64,000 bases of DNA from the NCBI GenBank assembly GCA_004431415.1, contig QPMI01000195.1:124001-188000 (forward strand). Reading direction: 5' to 3'. The notes under the pieces are model-generated. The model searched no databases and was not told the DNA's origin. It worked only from the letters and a program-made list of their open reading frames with translations. The DNA comes from Cyanophora paradoxa CCMP329 (Eukaryota > Plantae > Glaucophyta). The translations under genes were made by a program, and so were the position numbers. Below are positions 13,936 to 25,045 of this stretch, piece after piece (position 1 is the first letter of the stretch; each line of letters opens with the position of its first letter).

Positions 13936-15402
13936 TAATAGTAATGCACCTAATTGTAACAGTTCCGATCATTTCATTTCATTTCTGCATGTAGATTTCT
14001 AGATCTTTCGCTACGTCATCAGTAAATGGGGGGGTGCGGCCCGTGCGGGGGGGCTTGCCCCCCTGCTTGCAATTGTAATTAATGTAAATTTCAGTCCGCG
14101 CGATTCGAATTCAAGCGCCGCCGGCGCCGGCGCCTTACACGTGCACGGCCCCGGCAGACTCCGGCAAATTAAAAATTCGTTCAAATCTGTTTTTTAACTT
14201 TCCAAGTTTCTTTGTCGCCGGATGCCCCGTTCATTCAGGCGGCGCCGCCGGCGCCACCACTGCGCATGCCACATATAGCGTACGCCGGCGGGACCGGGCG
14301 GGTGCGCGTACTACGGTAACCGCGGCCGACTCGGCAAGCCGCCAACTTGGCAAAGCCGGCATTATGCCATGACCATGCCGGCATATGCATGGCTTAGGAT
14401 GGCTAGCCGCCAACTTGGCAAGTTGCCGGCATACGTATACCTGCCGGCATGAAGGCATGCGCATAGCCTGCGCTGCAGCTGTACTAGTACTGCCGCTACT
14501 ACTGCGGTACTATACGGTCACGGGTACCCGGCTGAAGTTCGGCTTGCGAACAATCATTGAATTGCAAGCCGGCGCCCAGAGTGCACGTGAGATCGAGACA
14601 AGCCCTCGAGCTCCTCCCCGGGCCCGGCCGCGGCCGGGACCATGGCAGGGGGCCAGGGGGGATACCGGTCTGGCATAGTCGGCATGAAGGCTCTGGCTGC
14701 ATCCGGCAGAGCCCGACCGGCGGCCGGCATGTCAAGCCAAAAGCCGGAATTATGGCATCAGGGTCCAAGCCAAGGCACTGCGGCATGTCGGCCGGGCGCC
14801 GGCCCGGCCGCGGCGGCCGGCCGGCATGGCCTATAGCTACAGCCTATAGCTACAAGCAGGGGGGGCTCCGCCCCCTCCCCCCCCCCCCCCCCCCCCCCCG
14901 CACCCCCCCGGCAGCTATGTCGACGTCAGCCGGCTACTAGGCTATGTGCTAGTTGCCATACCGGACGTACCCCCCGTGAAGTAGGGGTGAGATGAATTAA
15001 TGGACCCGCACTAACACCGCGCAAGACGTCGGGCCGGGGGGGCCGGCGCCCCTTCTAGCCCCTGGTATTTTTAGTGCGGCATAATGACCCGGTCCTGGGA
15101 CCCTCGATCACGACTTCCGGGGGAGCCCCTTCCCTCGGAGAGGGGGGAAAGAAGCGAGCAAGCGAGCCGGCGACGCCGGATTCGTGCACTACGCTAGCGC
15201 TCCCGGCTGCGCTAGTAGCGCGCTTGCAGCCGGCAGCGGGCGAGCTGGTGCGGCGGTGGGGCGAGATCAAATCGGGAGCGACTCGCCATGGGGGGGTACA
15301 GCCAGCCGCTGGCGCGGGGGCCCCGGCGGGCGCCCTTAAAGAGATCCCGGGAGCGGCTCGAGGGTCGGGGATGGCAGAGGGGCGCACGGGAACGCCCGTG
15401 GG

Positions 15403-16137
15403 ATGTTCTCCGTGGTGACAGACACCTACGAGAGGGCCGAGTTCCAGGGGCCCTACGGGTGGACGGGCCTGGTCGTGCTCCGCACGGACGCGGGGCCGAG
15501 CGTCTGCGTACCCGAGCTCAGGCGCCTCATCGCGTTCACGGGGGGCGACGCGCGCCTCGGGGAGACCTTTGGGGTCCCGACGCGGCCGCTGCGGGATGAG
15601 AACACGATCCTCCTCCTGGAGCACCTCGCCGCCCTCCCCCGCAAGCACTACGACGCGCAGGAGCGCCCGCCGCACGTCCTCGCGCTGCGCTACGTCGAGA
15701 CGGTCATAGGCAACTCGTGGGAGCGCTCGCAGGACGCGCGCATGCCCCGGGCGGCGGCGGAGCTCTATGCGGCGCTCGAGAGGAGAAAGCAGGGCGCCTT
15801 GCAGCGGCTCGAGATGCAGTTGATTCGGACCGCCGGCGATCGGCTCCTGGCCGTCCGCGCGCGGCGGATCGAGACGCCGGAGCTGCAGTGGTGGATCCCG
15901 CTCGCGAGCCTCGCCGAGGCGGCGTACGGCGACTCGCGCAGCACGAACTGCGTGCGCCAGGAGATCGTCAGGAAGCACCCCGACCTCGCGGTGGGCGGGC
16001 CGCACCGGTTCGAGGCGAGCACGCGGACGGTGGGGCGCGACGTGGCGACGTACCGCTCCGCGCGCCGCTGGGCGTTTATCAGCGCGCTGGGGTGCGAAAA
16101 GGTGCTGGCGGGGCTGCTGGCTCGCCGCCGAGTTTAA
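15403..16137 (+). CDS. 244-aa ORF with a Bro-N/KilA-N-like DNA-binding region; probably the N-terminus of the downstream protease-recombinase gene
   Basis: Strong GC3 coding bias. WWIPLASLAEAAYG...IVRKHP...WAFISALGCEKVL resembles the Bro-N pattern. Same reading frame as the downstream gene, separated only by TAA at 16135-16137. Confidence 0.6.
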   Translation: MFSVVTDTYERAEFQGPYGWTGLVVLRTDAGPSVCVPELRRLIAFTGGDARLGETFGVPTRPLRDENTILLLEHLAALPRKHYDAQERPPHVLALRYVETVIGNSWERSQDARMPRAAAELYAALERRKQGALQRLEMQLIRTAGDRLLAVRARRIETPELQWWIPLASLAEAAYGDSRSTNCVRQEIVRKHPDLAVGGPHRFEASTRTVGRDVATYRSARRWAFISALGCEKVLAGLLARRRV

Positions 16138-18557
16138 ACGAGCGCGGACGACCCCGCGACGCTCGACTCGGCCCCGTCGCTGCCGCTCGCCCCAACCCCG
16201 CGCGTCTCCATCTTCGGACGCAAGACCTGGCTAAAGGTGAGCGGGGCCTCGGGGCGGTGGGGGGTAGGGAGGCGGGGAGGGGGGGGGAGGGGGGGGGTAC
16301 CGACCAGGCCGCAGGACGCCGAGATCGCCAACGTCCTCTCGCTCCTGCTCCTCCGGGCGCACGCGGGGGACAAGGTCAGGGCGCTGTACCCCATGCACGT
16401 CGAGATTCTCGCCTCGCTCCTCCGGCGGTACGCGCGCGCCGACGAGGCCAGGCGCGCGTGGGGAGCCCTTGGCGCAGCGGAGAGGGGCGCCTGCGTCCTC
16501 TGCCCCGTCAGCGTGGGCAACCTGCGGCGCGGCGGGGAGCGCACAAAGGGATGGGCCTCGGGCGGCCACTGGACCCTCCTCGCCGTCGACGGGAGCGCAA
16601 AGCGCGTGGGGTACTGGGACTCGCTCGGCGCGGACCCCGAGCCGAAGCTGCAGCACGCGGCGATGGCGGCCTTTCCGCGCTTCCCGTTCGTCGTCCAGAC
16701 GGGCGGCCGCCTGCAGGTGGGGGACGGGTATCAGTGTGCGCCCGCCCGCCCGCCTCCCCTGGCCCCCTCCCCCGCGCGCCCGCGCCCCCCTTCACCTCAC
16801 CGACGCCGCCGCCGCCACAGGCGGGCCGTGGACCCTCTGGTTCGCCGAGGTGAAGACGCAAGAGGTGCTCACGGGCTTCCCCTAGTCCGACGAGATCGAG
16901 CCTCGGAGAGTGGTTGCCTCTCGTACGTGTACCCTGGCGAGGCGATCTCGTCGGCGATCGCGGCGGAGAACGGGCGGTTCATCGCGGAGAAGCGCGAGGC
17001 GTACCGGACGATGCTGGAGAGCGGCGTCGTCGACCAGGCCGTGGCGCTCTTCGACGAAGACTCGCTGCCGGACGCGGAGCGCGTCGTCCTCCCCGCCGTC
17101 CCCGCCACGGCCGCCGCGGCCGCCGCCGCCGCCACCACCACCAAGTCCGTTCGAAAGGCCGGCAAGGCCGCGGCCGCGGCGGCGGCGGGGGGGCCCTCCA
17201 TCACCGTCCTCTCCTCGTCCTCGTCCTCGCCGTCCTCCGAGGACGGGGAAGAATCCGAGGGGCGCGCCGACGGGGACGGGGCCGACGCGCCGGCGGGGAC
17301 AGAGGAGGCCCTCGCCGAAGAGGTGCACGAAGATGGGGAGCCGGGGGCCGAGCGGCTCGCGCCCTACGCCCTGCGCGAGTCGGAAATGTCACGGGAGCTG
17401 AGGAACCAGCTCGCGGCGTTTCAGACGTGGCGCACCTCGGCCCTCAACCCCGACCGCCAGGGCGGCGCCGCCGAGCGCTCGACGGTCCTCGTCAACGACG
17501 TCGGCACGATCTTCCGCCTGCTGGGGTACGTCAAGGAGCGCGAGAGGGTCGGGCCGCTCACGATGGACCTCTTCGCGCGCACCGATTTCGTGGAGATCTA
17601 CGTCCGCTTCCTCGGCTACCTCCGCTCCGAGCGCAGGCTCGCGGCCGGCACCCTCGCGGGGTACACGCAGAGCGTGATGCAGGCCTACGCGTTCGTTCAC
17701 AGCCGAACCGCCGGGGCCGAGGCGGGGGCCGATCGAGAGGGTCCGCACGCCCGCCCGCTCCGAAACCTGAAGACGCAGTTGGAGAAGGAGAAGAAGCAGC
17801 AGCGGGGGTGGAAGAAGCGCGGACCGAACTGGGTCTCGTTCGAGGCCGTCCTCTCGGCGCGGCGCGAGGCCCTCGAGGCGTTCGAGGCGGCGCCGCTCGA
17901 GCGGGACAGGGCCCTCGCCCTCCGCGAGGCCGTGCTCATCGGGTTCCTGAGCATCACGCCGGCCCGCGTGGGGGTCGTGCGGCGCCTGCAGATCGGTCAG
18001 ACGCTGCGGCGCGACGGCGGCGCGTGGGCGATCTCGCTCACCGAGATGCGGCACGAGACGGGGGAGCTGGTGTCGAAGACGGCCAAGTCGCACGGCGCGA
18101 TCACGGTCCCCATCGCCGGCCCGCTCCAGGCCCCCTTCGAGACCTACGTGGAGCGCTACCGGGCGCGCCGACGAGGGCTGGCTCTTCGCCTCGAGCAACG
18201 GCACCTGCCTCTCGGAGAGCGGGTGGGCCGTCTTCGTGCGCAGGGTGATGCTCAAGTACGTGGGCCTCCCGATCACTGCGAAGACGATGCGGGCGATCAT
18301 CACGACGCACGTGCGGGAGCAGGCGGCCGCGAACCTGATCGAGAACGAGACGGCGGCGGCCGTCGTCGAGGGGGTCGCCCGCCTCCTCGCCCACACGCCC
18401 CAGACGGCGACCCTGCACTACGATTACGGGGCGCGCCAGCGCTCGGCGGCGAGCGCCGTGGCCTACCTCGAGCGCCTCGCCCTCCAGCACGAGGCGCGGT
18501 CCAGAGGTTCGGCGTCGAGCCCCGCGGGCCTCCCGGGCGCCTCGTCGTCGTCGCCGC
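16138..18557 (+). pseudogene. Ulp1/SENP-like (peptidase C48) domain fused to a tyrosine recombinase; disrupted
   Basis: Removing GT-AG introns 16237-16314 and 16736-16820 yields WLKDAEIANVL...HWTLLAVD...YWDSLG...LQVGDGYQCGPW (His-Asp-Gln-Cys). YR motifs follow: ITPAR, SKTAK, WLF..NG, AKTMR, LLAHT..TATLHY. Frame breaks near 16880 and 18165. Confidence 0.8.
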
Positions 18558-21500
18558 TTTTTTTGCAAAAGTGGACGTCGCATTGATACACCACGGCACA
18601 TGTATCAATGTTCTACGTGACGTGCCCTTCCGACCGGTCATCTATCTAGCCGAGGGTGCTAGCTAGGTGCCGGCCATGGGTCGCTCAATATGGGAGGTTC
18701 GCCTGAGTGGGGGAGCCATGGTTTTCGGTGATAGCCGTAACCAGACCCACGCGCCCACCCCTTGATCAACTCCTCCATCCCTCATGAGCCCTGGAAGTGA
18801 AATGTCTCGCAGTCCGCCGCCCTCCCTTGCCGCCGCTCCGCCACGCCTCCTCCTCCCCACTCCGCCTCCTCCCTCCTCCTCACCTGCGCCCCAGGACCCC
18901 GATTAATCGGTGTCCCGTTTTGTCGAGGTGAAGAAGGTGGTAGGAGGAAGAAATGAGGAAGGAGAGGGAGTGGGCGGAGGCAGCAGCTTGGGGCGGGCAG
19001 CGGATGCGGGGCAAGGCAGGGAGAGGTGCCGGGACAGCAGTGTGGAGTGAGCGTGGGCATTGGCAGGCGGCGCAGAGAGCTGGGAGTGCGGAGACGAGGC
19101 GGGCCGCGAGGGGTCGGGAGGGGTCGACCGGGTTAGAGGGGGGGGGCGAGGCCAGGGGGGTGGCCGAAGCCATGGGGTTGGCCGAAGCCAGAGGGGTGGC
19201 CGAAGCCGATGGGGTGGCCGAAGCCAAAGGGGGGGCCGAGGCCATTGGGGGGGCCGAAGCCATAGGGGTGGCCGGAGCCAGCGGGGGGTCTGACACTTGA
19301 GGGCCGGTTGGGGTCGGGGGGGAGACCGTAGGGGGCCGAGGGGCAGCGTCTGGCGAGGTCCCGAGCAGGGGGGTCAGCTGAAGCGAGGGGGGGGAGGGGG
19401 AGTTGGCTGCTTGCAGCGTCGTAAGTGGTTTGTACACTCCGGGTGCAAAGAGGGACGTGATTGTGGGTTGCCCCGTGGGTATCGGCACCGTTCGCGCTTT
19501 TTTGGTCATGCGCCTGGGAGTCTTGCGGCCGGTTGCCTTTCTTTTTTCCGTAGGTACTGGCCGGGCGGGTGTAGAGGCGGGAGGGGGAGGGGTCGCGGGG
19601 CGCGGGCATATGGGTGCCGGGGCGGAGGGGGTATCGGCTGTCCGTTTACGTGAGGCAGGCGACGGGCGTGTTCGTTTTGGGGGAGGGGCCAGGGGGGGCC
19701 CCGGAGCGGGGCGTTTGGAGGGTTGGGTAGTGTTCGTAGGACCCGCGGGCGAAGCGGGCAGGATGCCAGTGTCGGAGTTCTCGTGTGACTGTCGTGCTGG
19801 GGGTACCGCAGGTGGGGAGGCAGGGCAGGAGGTGATCTCAGGGCGGGCGGGGCATTTTCCCCGTCTGGCGTCGGAGTGGGCCTGGAGGGCAGATGCAGAG
19901 GCGAACCGAGTGCCGCAGGTGCAGGAGAAGTCAGACGTCCCGGCGGCGGGTCCTGCATCGGGCAGCTGGGGGAGGGGGGGCCTGGGTGAGGGGGCGACGG
20001 GGAGTCGTGCAATTGCTTGGCGGAAGTTTTCCAAGAGAATCCATGGTTGGCCTTCCGAGCCCAAGTCGCAGCAGAAGTCGGTGATGGAGATGGTATCATG
20101 GAGGGAGGGGGCGGGGGAGGGCGGGGGGAGGGGGGACTGGGCGGCTGCACTAGAGGCGAGCGGGAGGGTTTGGAGTCTGCATGTTTGCGGTACCGACGTT
20201 TGGTTCTGTCATTGATGCCGTGTCGGAGCTCCCAGGCGTGGTTGCGGGCGCAGCGGTCTCTCCAGATCGCACGGAGGTGTTGGTCGAGGAGCAGCGCTAG
20301 GTCTTTTTGGATTGACGATGAGGTGGTCTTGTTGATGCCCAGAGCTGTGCAGAGGGCAGGCAGTCCTGCCGGGGTACCGAGGCGCAGGAGAGCGAGGGCG
20401 GGGAAGGGAAGCATGTCAGCCAGGGCCGGGCTGAGTTTTTTCCATAGTGTATCGGCGAGGCCGGGGGGGCGGAAGAGAGCCGGATTTGCGGTGGGGGAGA
20501 GAAGGGCGGAATGGAGGGGAGAGGCGGGGTCAGGAGAAACGAGGCGGAGGAAGGGGAAGAGTTGAAAGATGGTATCGTCGTGGCCTAGTGGTTTGGGCGA
20601 GTGGCGGAGAACCCGGGTACGGAGGAAAGTCACGAGTGCGTCCTGGAAAGCTTGGAGAAGGAGGCGAGCGGCGGGGCAAGTGAATATGTGGACGAAGTCT
20701 TCGGGGGGGTGGGTTGTGGGGTCGGGCGGTCCGGGGTCTGCGGCCACCGGTGGGGGAAGGGGCGAGGGGAGCCCGGGGGGTGCATGTGGCAGGGGCGGGG
20801 AGGGGGGGGTGGGAAGCAGCATCTTCGGGATGGGGGCAGGGGTGGGAGGGAGGTGACAGAAGGGCAGTGGGCGGTGCCGTCGGGGAAGAGAGGGCCGTAG
20901 AGGTCAGGGTCGTGGAGGAGGCGGATGGTGAGGAGGGAAGGCTTCCAAGCATGCATTGGAATCTGACTTTGCGGAGGTGGTCGCCTGTGGGGGTGCGGCG
21001 GTCCGGTGGCTTGTCGGACACTAGGGAGAGGGCTGGAGCGAGGGTAACATGGGGGTTGCTGAGGATGGCCCCCGCGTTGCGAAGTTGGCGCCAGTCAAGG
21101 TATTGGGAGAGGGAGGCTTCGGCTAGGAAGTGAGGGCGGGGGTCCCCCTCGACGCGGTACGCATGGAGTCTGCCTCGGTAGGGCTCGGCCCCGGGGACTG
21201 GGCCGTGGGATAGTGGGGGCGGGAGGCCAACACGGATGAGGAAGCATTTGAAACTGTGGGGAATGAAAAGAAGGGCGGAGAGAGGGGCGTCGGGGGCTGT
21301 TTTAGCAAGCTTGTCAACGGCGTCATTGTGGCGGTTGTCAGGGGTGTAGGCTGGGTTCGGGATACGATTCTTAGCCGGGGTGCGGGCCGCCTCTTTCTGT
21401 GCGGCTGTTTTGGATGTTTTGGCGGACCGTGGTTGTGGCAGGGTGGCTTCACGGTGAGCGGCTTCAGTTAGGATGGACGCCGCTTCGAGTGGGGTAGCGT

Positions 21501-22006
21501 GGGACGGCCGGAAGAGACGGCGCGCTGTGGCGGAGGCTTCGTTGCGAGCCAGGTCGGCGAGCTGAGAGGCGAGTTCTTGGGCGTAGCGGGCGCCGGGAGG
21601 GAGGGGGGTGGCGGGCCCTTCGGGGCGGGGCGGGGGAGACTCAAGCACAGTTGGGGAGCGCGGGAGGGCTGGATGGTTGGGAGAGGATGGTGGGGAGTCG
21701 AGGGTAGGGAGGGTGCCGCCGGTGGAGACTGGGGGGCGGCGCGGCGGATGGGTACGCCCGGGGAAGGTCGGCGGGGGCCGGAGGGCCGGGAGGGTTGGGC
21801 TGCAGCATAGGGGGTCAAGGGTGACGGACCCGTAGCAGAGGCTGAGGGCAATATATTCACGGTATCTGCGGAGCGCTGCAGCGTCGGCCTGAATGTAGGC
21901 TGGGGGGCGGGGCAGGTCCGACGGGGTAAGTGCTGAGGAGCGACTGAGTAGGTCAGCTGTGAGGAGGAGGAGTGGACCGCAGGCCGTGCTGTTTGGGGGC
22001 TGGAAA
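18558..22006 (-). mobile_element. 5'-truncated non-LTR retrotransposon (L1/Tx1-like, with RNase H remnant)
   Basis: 17-bp TSD CTCGTCGTCGTCGCCGC at 18541-18557 and 22007-22023. T7 at 18558-18564 is a poly(A) on the minus strand. ORF2 C-terminal motifs: HNDAVDKLAK (RNase H), MLGSLP, EDFVHIFTCP and AIWRDRC. Frameshifted. Confidence 0.85.
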
Positions 22007-23143
22007 CTCGTCGTCGTCGCCGCCCCCCCCGCCGCCGCTGCCGCCACCGCCGCCCTCCCTCCCCCTGGAGGCCCTTCCCCCGCGCAGCACCCTCCTCCTC
22101 TTCCTCCTCCTCGCGATCCGCGCGCGCAGAGGGCCCGGCGCCGTCGCCCACCGTTGCCGCGCGGCCGTCCCGCGGCGCGGCCGCCGGGGAGAAGGAGAGC
22201 GGGGCGAGGGCCGGGCCGGGGAGCGCCGGGAGCTCGGGGTCGGGCCGGGCCGCCCAGGAGAGCACCGAGACGAGTTCGGGGTCGCAAGAGGAGGAGGCGG
22301 AAGAGGAGGAGGAGGAGGAGGAGGAAGAGGAGGAGGGGGAGGAGAGCGGGTCGTCCGCCGAGCGGCCCCGGAAACCGAAGCGCTTCCACTGGCAGCGGCG
22401 CCGCCTCGACCCGGGGGACCAGATGGAGCTGGACCTCGCCCGGGGCGAGGGCCGCTACTGCGAGACCTGCAAGCGGGTAAGGAACTCCCCACCCGCGACC
22501 CCCCAAGCACGCGTGCCGCGCACCCTCACCGACTGTAGATCTTCCAGACGGCTCCGGCGGGAGCTGTTCCGGCGGGGCGAGCCGCACGCGGGCGAGGCGG
22601 GGAGGGGGCGCGGGGCACGGGCGAGGGCACGGGCGGGGTGCGGGGTCGTCCGCGGCCCTCCCCGCCCCCGTGCACGTCGCGCAGCCGGCTTCCGAGGGGC
22701 CCCCGCCTCCAACCTGGCACCTTCGGTGGGTCAGCGCGAGCCCGTACCCCCCCGGGCAGGTCGCGGCGGCGATGGCGACGCACTCGACGGACCCGCTCCC
22801 GCGGACGGTCTTTGCTCGGCTCGTCCAGACCGTGCGCCTCCCCAGCGGCAAGTTCGAGTCCCGCTGGGTCGTGCTGCGGCGCTTCGGGGCCTTCTGGACG
22901 CCGGGCTCCGAGGGCAGCGGGCGCGAGTGGAGGGGGGTACGGGCGCTCGCGCCCGTCGACTACGACGCGAGAAACGGGAGCGTGGACATCAGGACGCCCG
23001 CCGCTCGCATCTCCGACCTCCTCGGGCTCGGCTCCGGCACGCGGGCGCCGTCGCCGCCGCCTCCGCGGTCCGGGGAGGGAGCCTGGGGCGAGGGAGGGGC
23101 CTTTCGGCCGCGGGGCCGGCCCCGGAAGCGCCCGGGTACCTGA
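22007..23143 (+). pseudogene. C-terminal part of the YR gene: Pro/Ser-rich linker, poly-Glu tract, CxxC motif, terminal AT-hook
   Basis: Continues SSSSP across the TSD, then EEEAEEEEEEEEEEEEGEE and YCETCKR, followed by a GTAAG...TAG intron at 22477-22538. The last exon ends FRPRGRPRKRPGT-stop at 23143. Needs at least one frame correction. Confidence 0.6.
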
Positions 23144-24261
23144 CTCGGGGGGTCGGTTCGGGTCCCAGCGCCCCAGGCTTGCGGACGCAGCCGGCGCGGT
23201 GCGCACCATCGGATCCGCCGTGCTCGAAAGGGGCGGGCAAAACTTCAACGGGGTCCTGGGGCGAAGGTCGGCTCCGGAGGGGGGGGGGTACGGGTACTTT
23301 GTGCGCACCCCCACGGCGTGCCGCACATCGTTCGATCGGGAATGACAAGGAGAGTGCGGAGAGGCGGTCGGCGGGCCTCGGGGGCGCCGGTGTCGAGGGG
23401 TAGATTGAAAAAACTGCGCGGGGCCGGTCTCGGGACGGGATGGGCGGCAGCGCGGGGCCGGAGGGGCGAGCTTAAAGCGCACCGACGGTGCTGGGCACAA
23501 CCGGAGCGCCCCGACCCGCGATCGGGCGCGGTCGGGGCGACCCGCGGGGCGCCTGGGTCGGGGGAGGCGGCTGCGACTCCTGCGAGCCAGGTCAGAGCGT
23601 AGCGGTGTGGAATCGGTGCTGAAATCGCACGCGGGCACGCCTCGTCCTCGGGAACGCGTGGGGAGCAGTCGGATGGCGCGGTCGAGCGGGCTGCGACGGA
23701 TCGAGGAGCACGTGGGCGCGAGGGAAGAGCGATCGGGATGGATCGGGGCGCCAGGCGCCGTCGGCCGCTCGCTGTGCGCCGATCGGTGCGCTCGGGGGTT
23801 GGGGCGCCGGGAACAGCACGTTCGAAGCACTTGAATGTGGACGACCAGGCCCGCTGCGTCCGCAGCAAACACGAATCTTTGCGCGAGAGCTCCCGGGGGT
23901 ACGCGGCAGCGGGCGGGGTACAAGGGGATAGTGCTCTGGGGATGCCCGGTCCGCCTGTAGTGTGCGTAAAGCTTAAGGCTGACGAACCCACAAAGTACGA
24001 TTGGCCGGCCGTCGAGGCACCTCGGAGCCGAGCCGTCACGAGGTCCGCGCAGCCGCACGCCCGGACGTGCTCTATCGCCCCCGATCCGCCGCGCATCGTT
24101 GAACGGTCCGCCAGGGGACCGCCTCGACCGCCTGCGCGGCTCCGCCTCGCCGCGGCGGTTATCGTTGCGAGGTGAGCGGCGCGGGATGCTAGTTAACTTA
24201 CTTAGTAAAACACTTAAGCAATGCGCGCATGCGCACTAGTACTGAATGCGGTATAACTCTG

Positions 24262-25045
24262 TACCAGATTAATGCGTTTTCTGCAACGAAAACGCATTAA
24301 TTTGGTACCGCTTAATATCAAAACGCTAAGAAACCGCTGTAACCCCCTGCCTTTCAAGTGCGTGTTATCGGCCGCGGCGGCCGTGGCCACGGGCCCATGG
24401 CGACTCACCGCAATCGTCCGAATCATCAGTGTCAACGGTGTCTAATCGCTCTTCTATCTACTAGGCTACTTATACTTCGGCCCCCACCCCCGGTTGCGAG
24501 CGTGGCCCCCGGAGGATACGGAAGCTGCCAGCAAGCTTTAGTGCCACGCGCCCGGCCTGGACAAGTAGAGATGTATCCCCCCTCTGTCTCTGACGAAGGG
24601 CCGAGGGGAGCGGGGGGTGGCACGCGGGGGGCCCACCGGCTCCACCTCCGCCTCGTCCTCGGCATCGGCCTCGAGCTCCTCGGTCTCCTTTGCGTCGAGT
24701 GCCCGCGCAGCGACTCGATCACCGACTGGTGCCGCGCCCACGTCAGGGAAAAAAGAAGGGGGGGGAAGAAGGGAAGGGGGGGGGGGAAAGGACCTCGCGG
24801 TCCGCGAGCTCGCCGCGGAGCTGCGCATGCCGCGCCTGTGCCTTCAGCTTCCCGAGCTCCACCTGTACCCCCCGGGCCCGGCCCGGCCCCGCTCAGCTCG
24901 AGGCCGAGCGGAGGAGGCGGCGGGGTGGGGACCTGCGAGGCGGTGCAGGTGACGCAGCGCAAGGACTGGCCCGCCTGACCCGCGTCCGACGAGCGCCGCC
25001 GCGCCGCCCGCGCCTGCCAGGGCGCCGGCCCCCGTCAGCGCTCGT
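24262..25045 (-). mobile_element. Dispersed repeat copy 2 (homolog of 6400-7265)
   Basis: Collinear similarity, and a 21-bp-stem hairpin GTACCAGATTAATGCGTTTTC-tgcaac-GAAAACGCATTAATTTGGTAC at its left end. Confidence 0.65.

Larger units (their letters stand above)
14947..24194 (+). mobile_element. Candidate Crypton-like tyrosine-recombinase DNA element, interrupted by a LINE; boundaries tentative
   Basis: Contains an intron-bearing YR gene with no RT or capsid of its own. The 8-bp direct repeat TGCTAGTT occurs at 14947-14954 and 24187-24194, near compositional shifts. Confidence 0.55.

Noticed and set aside
20530-22851. 773-aa minus-strand ORF as a real gene
   Set aside because: It is a chimera crossing the LINE 5' junction at 22006; the first part is antisense of the YR gene C-terminus.
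14947-24194. Endogenous Polinton-like virus or virophage
   Set aside because: No recognisable capsid, packaging ATPase or DNA polymerase ORF; the gene has spliceosomal introns and the region is small.
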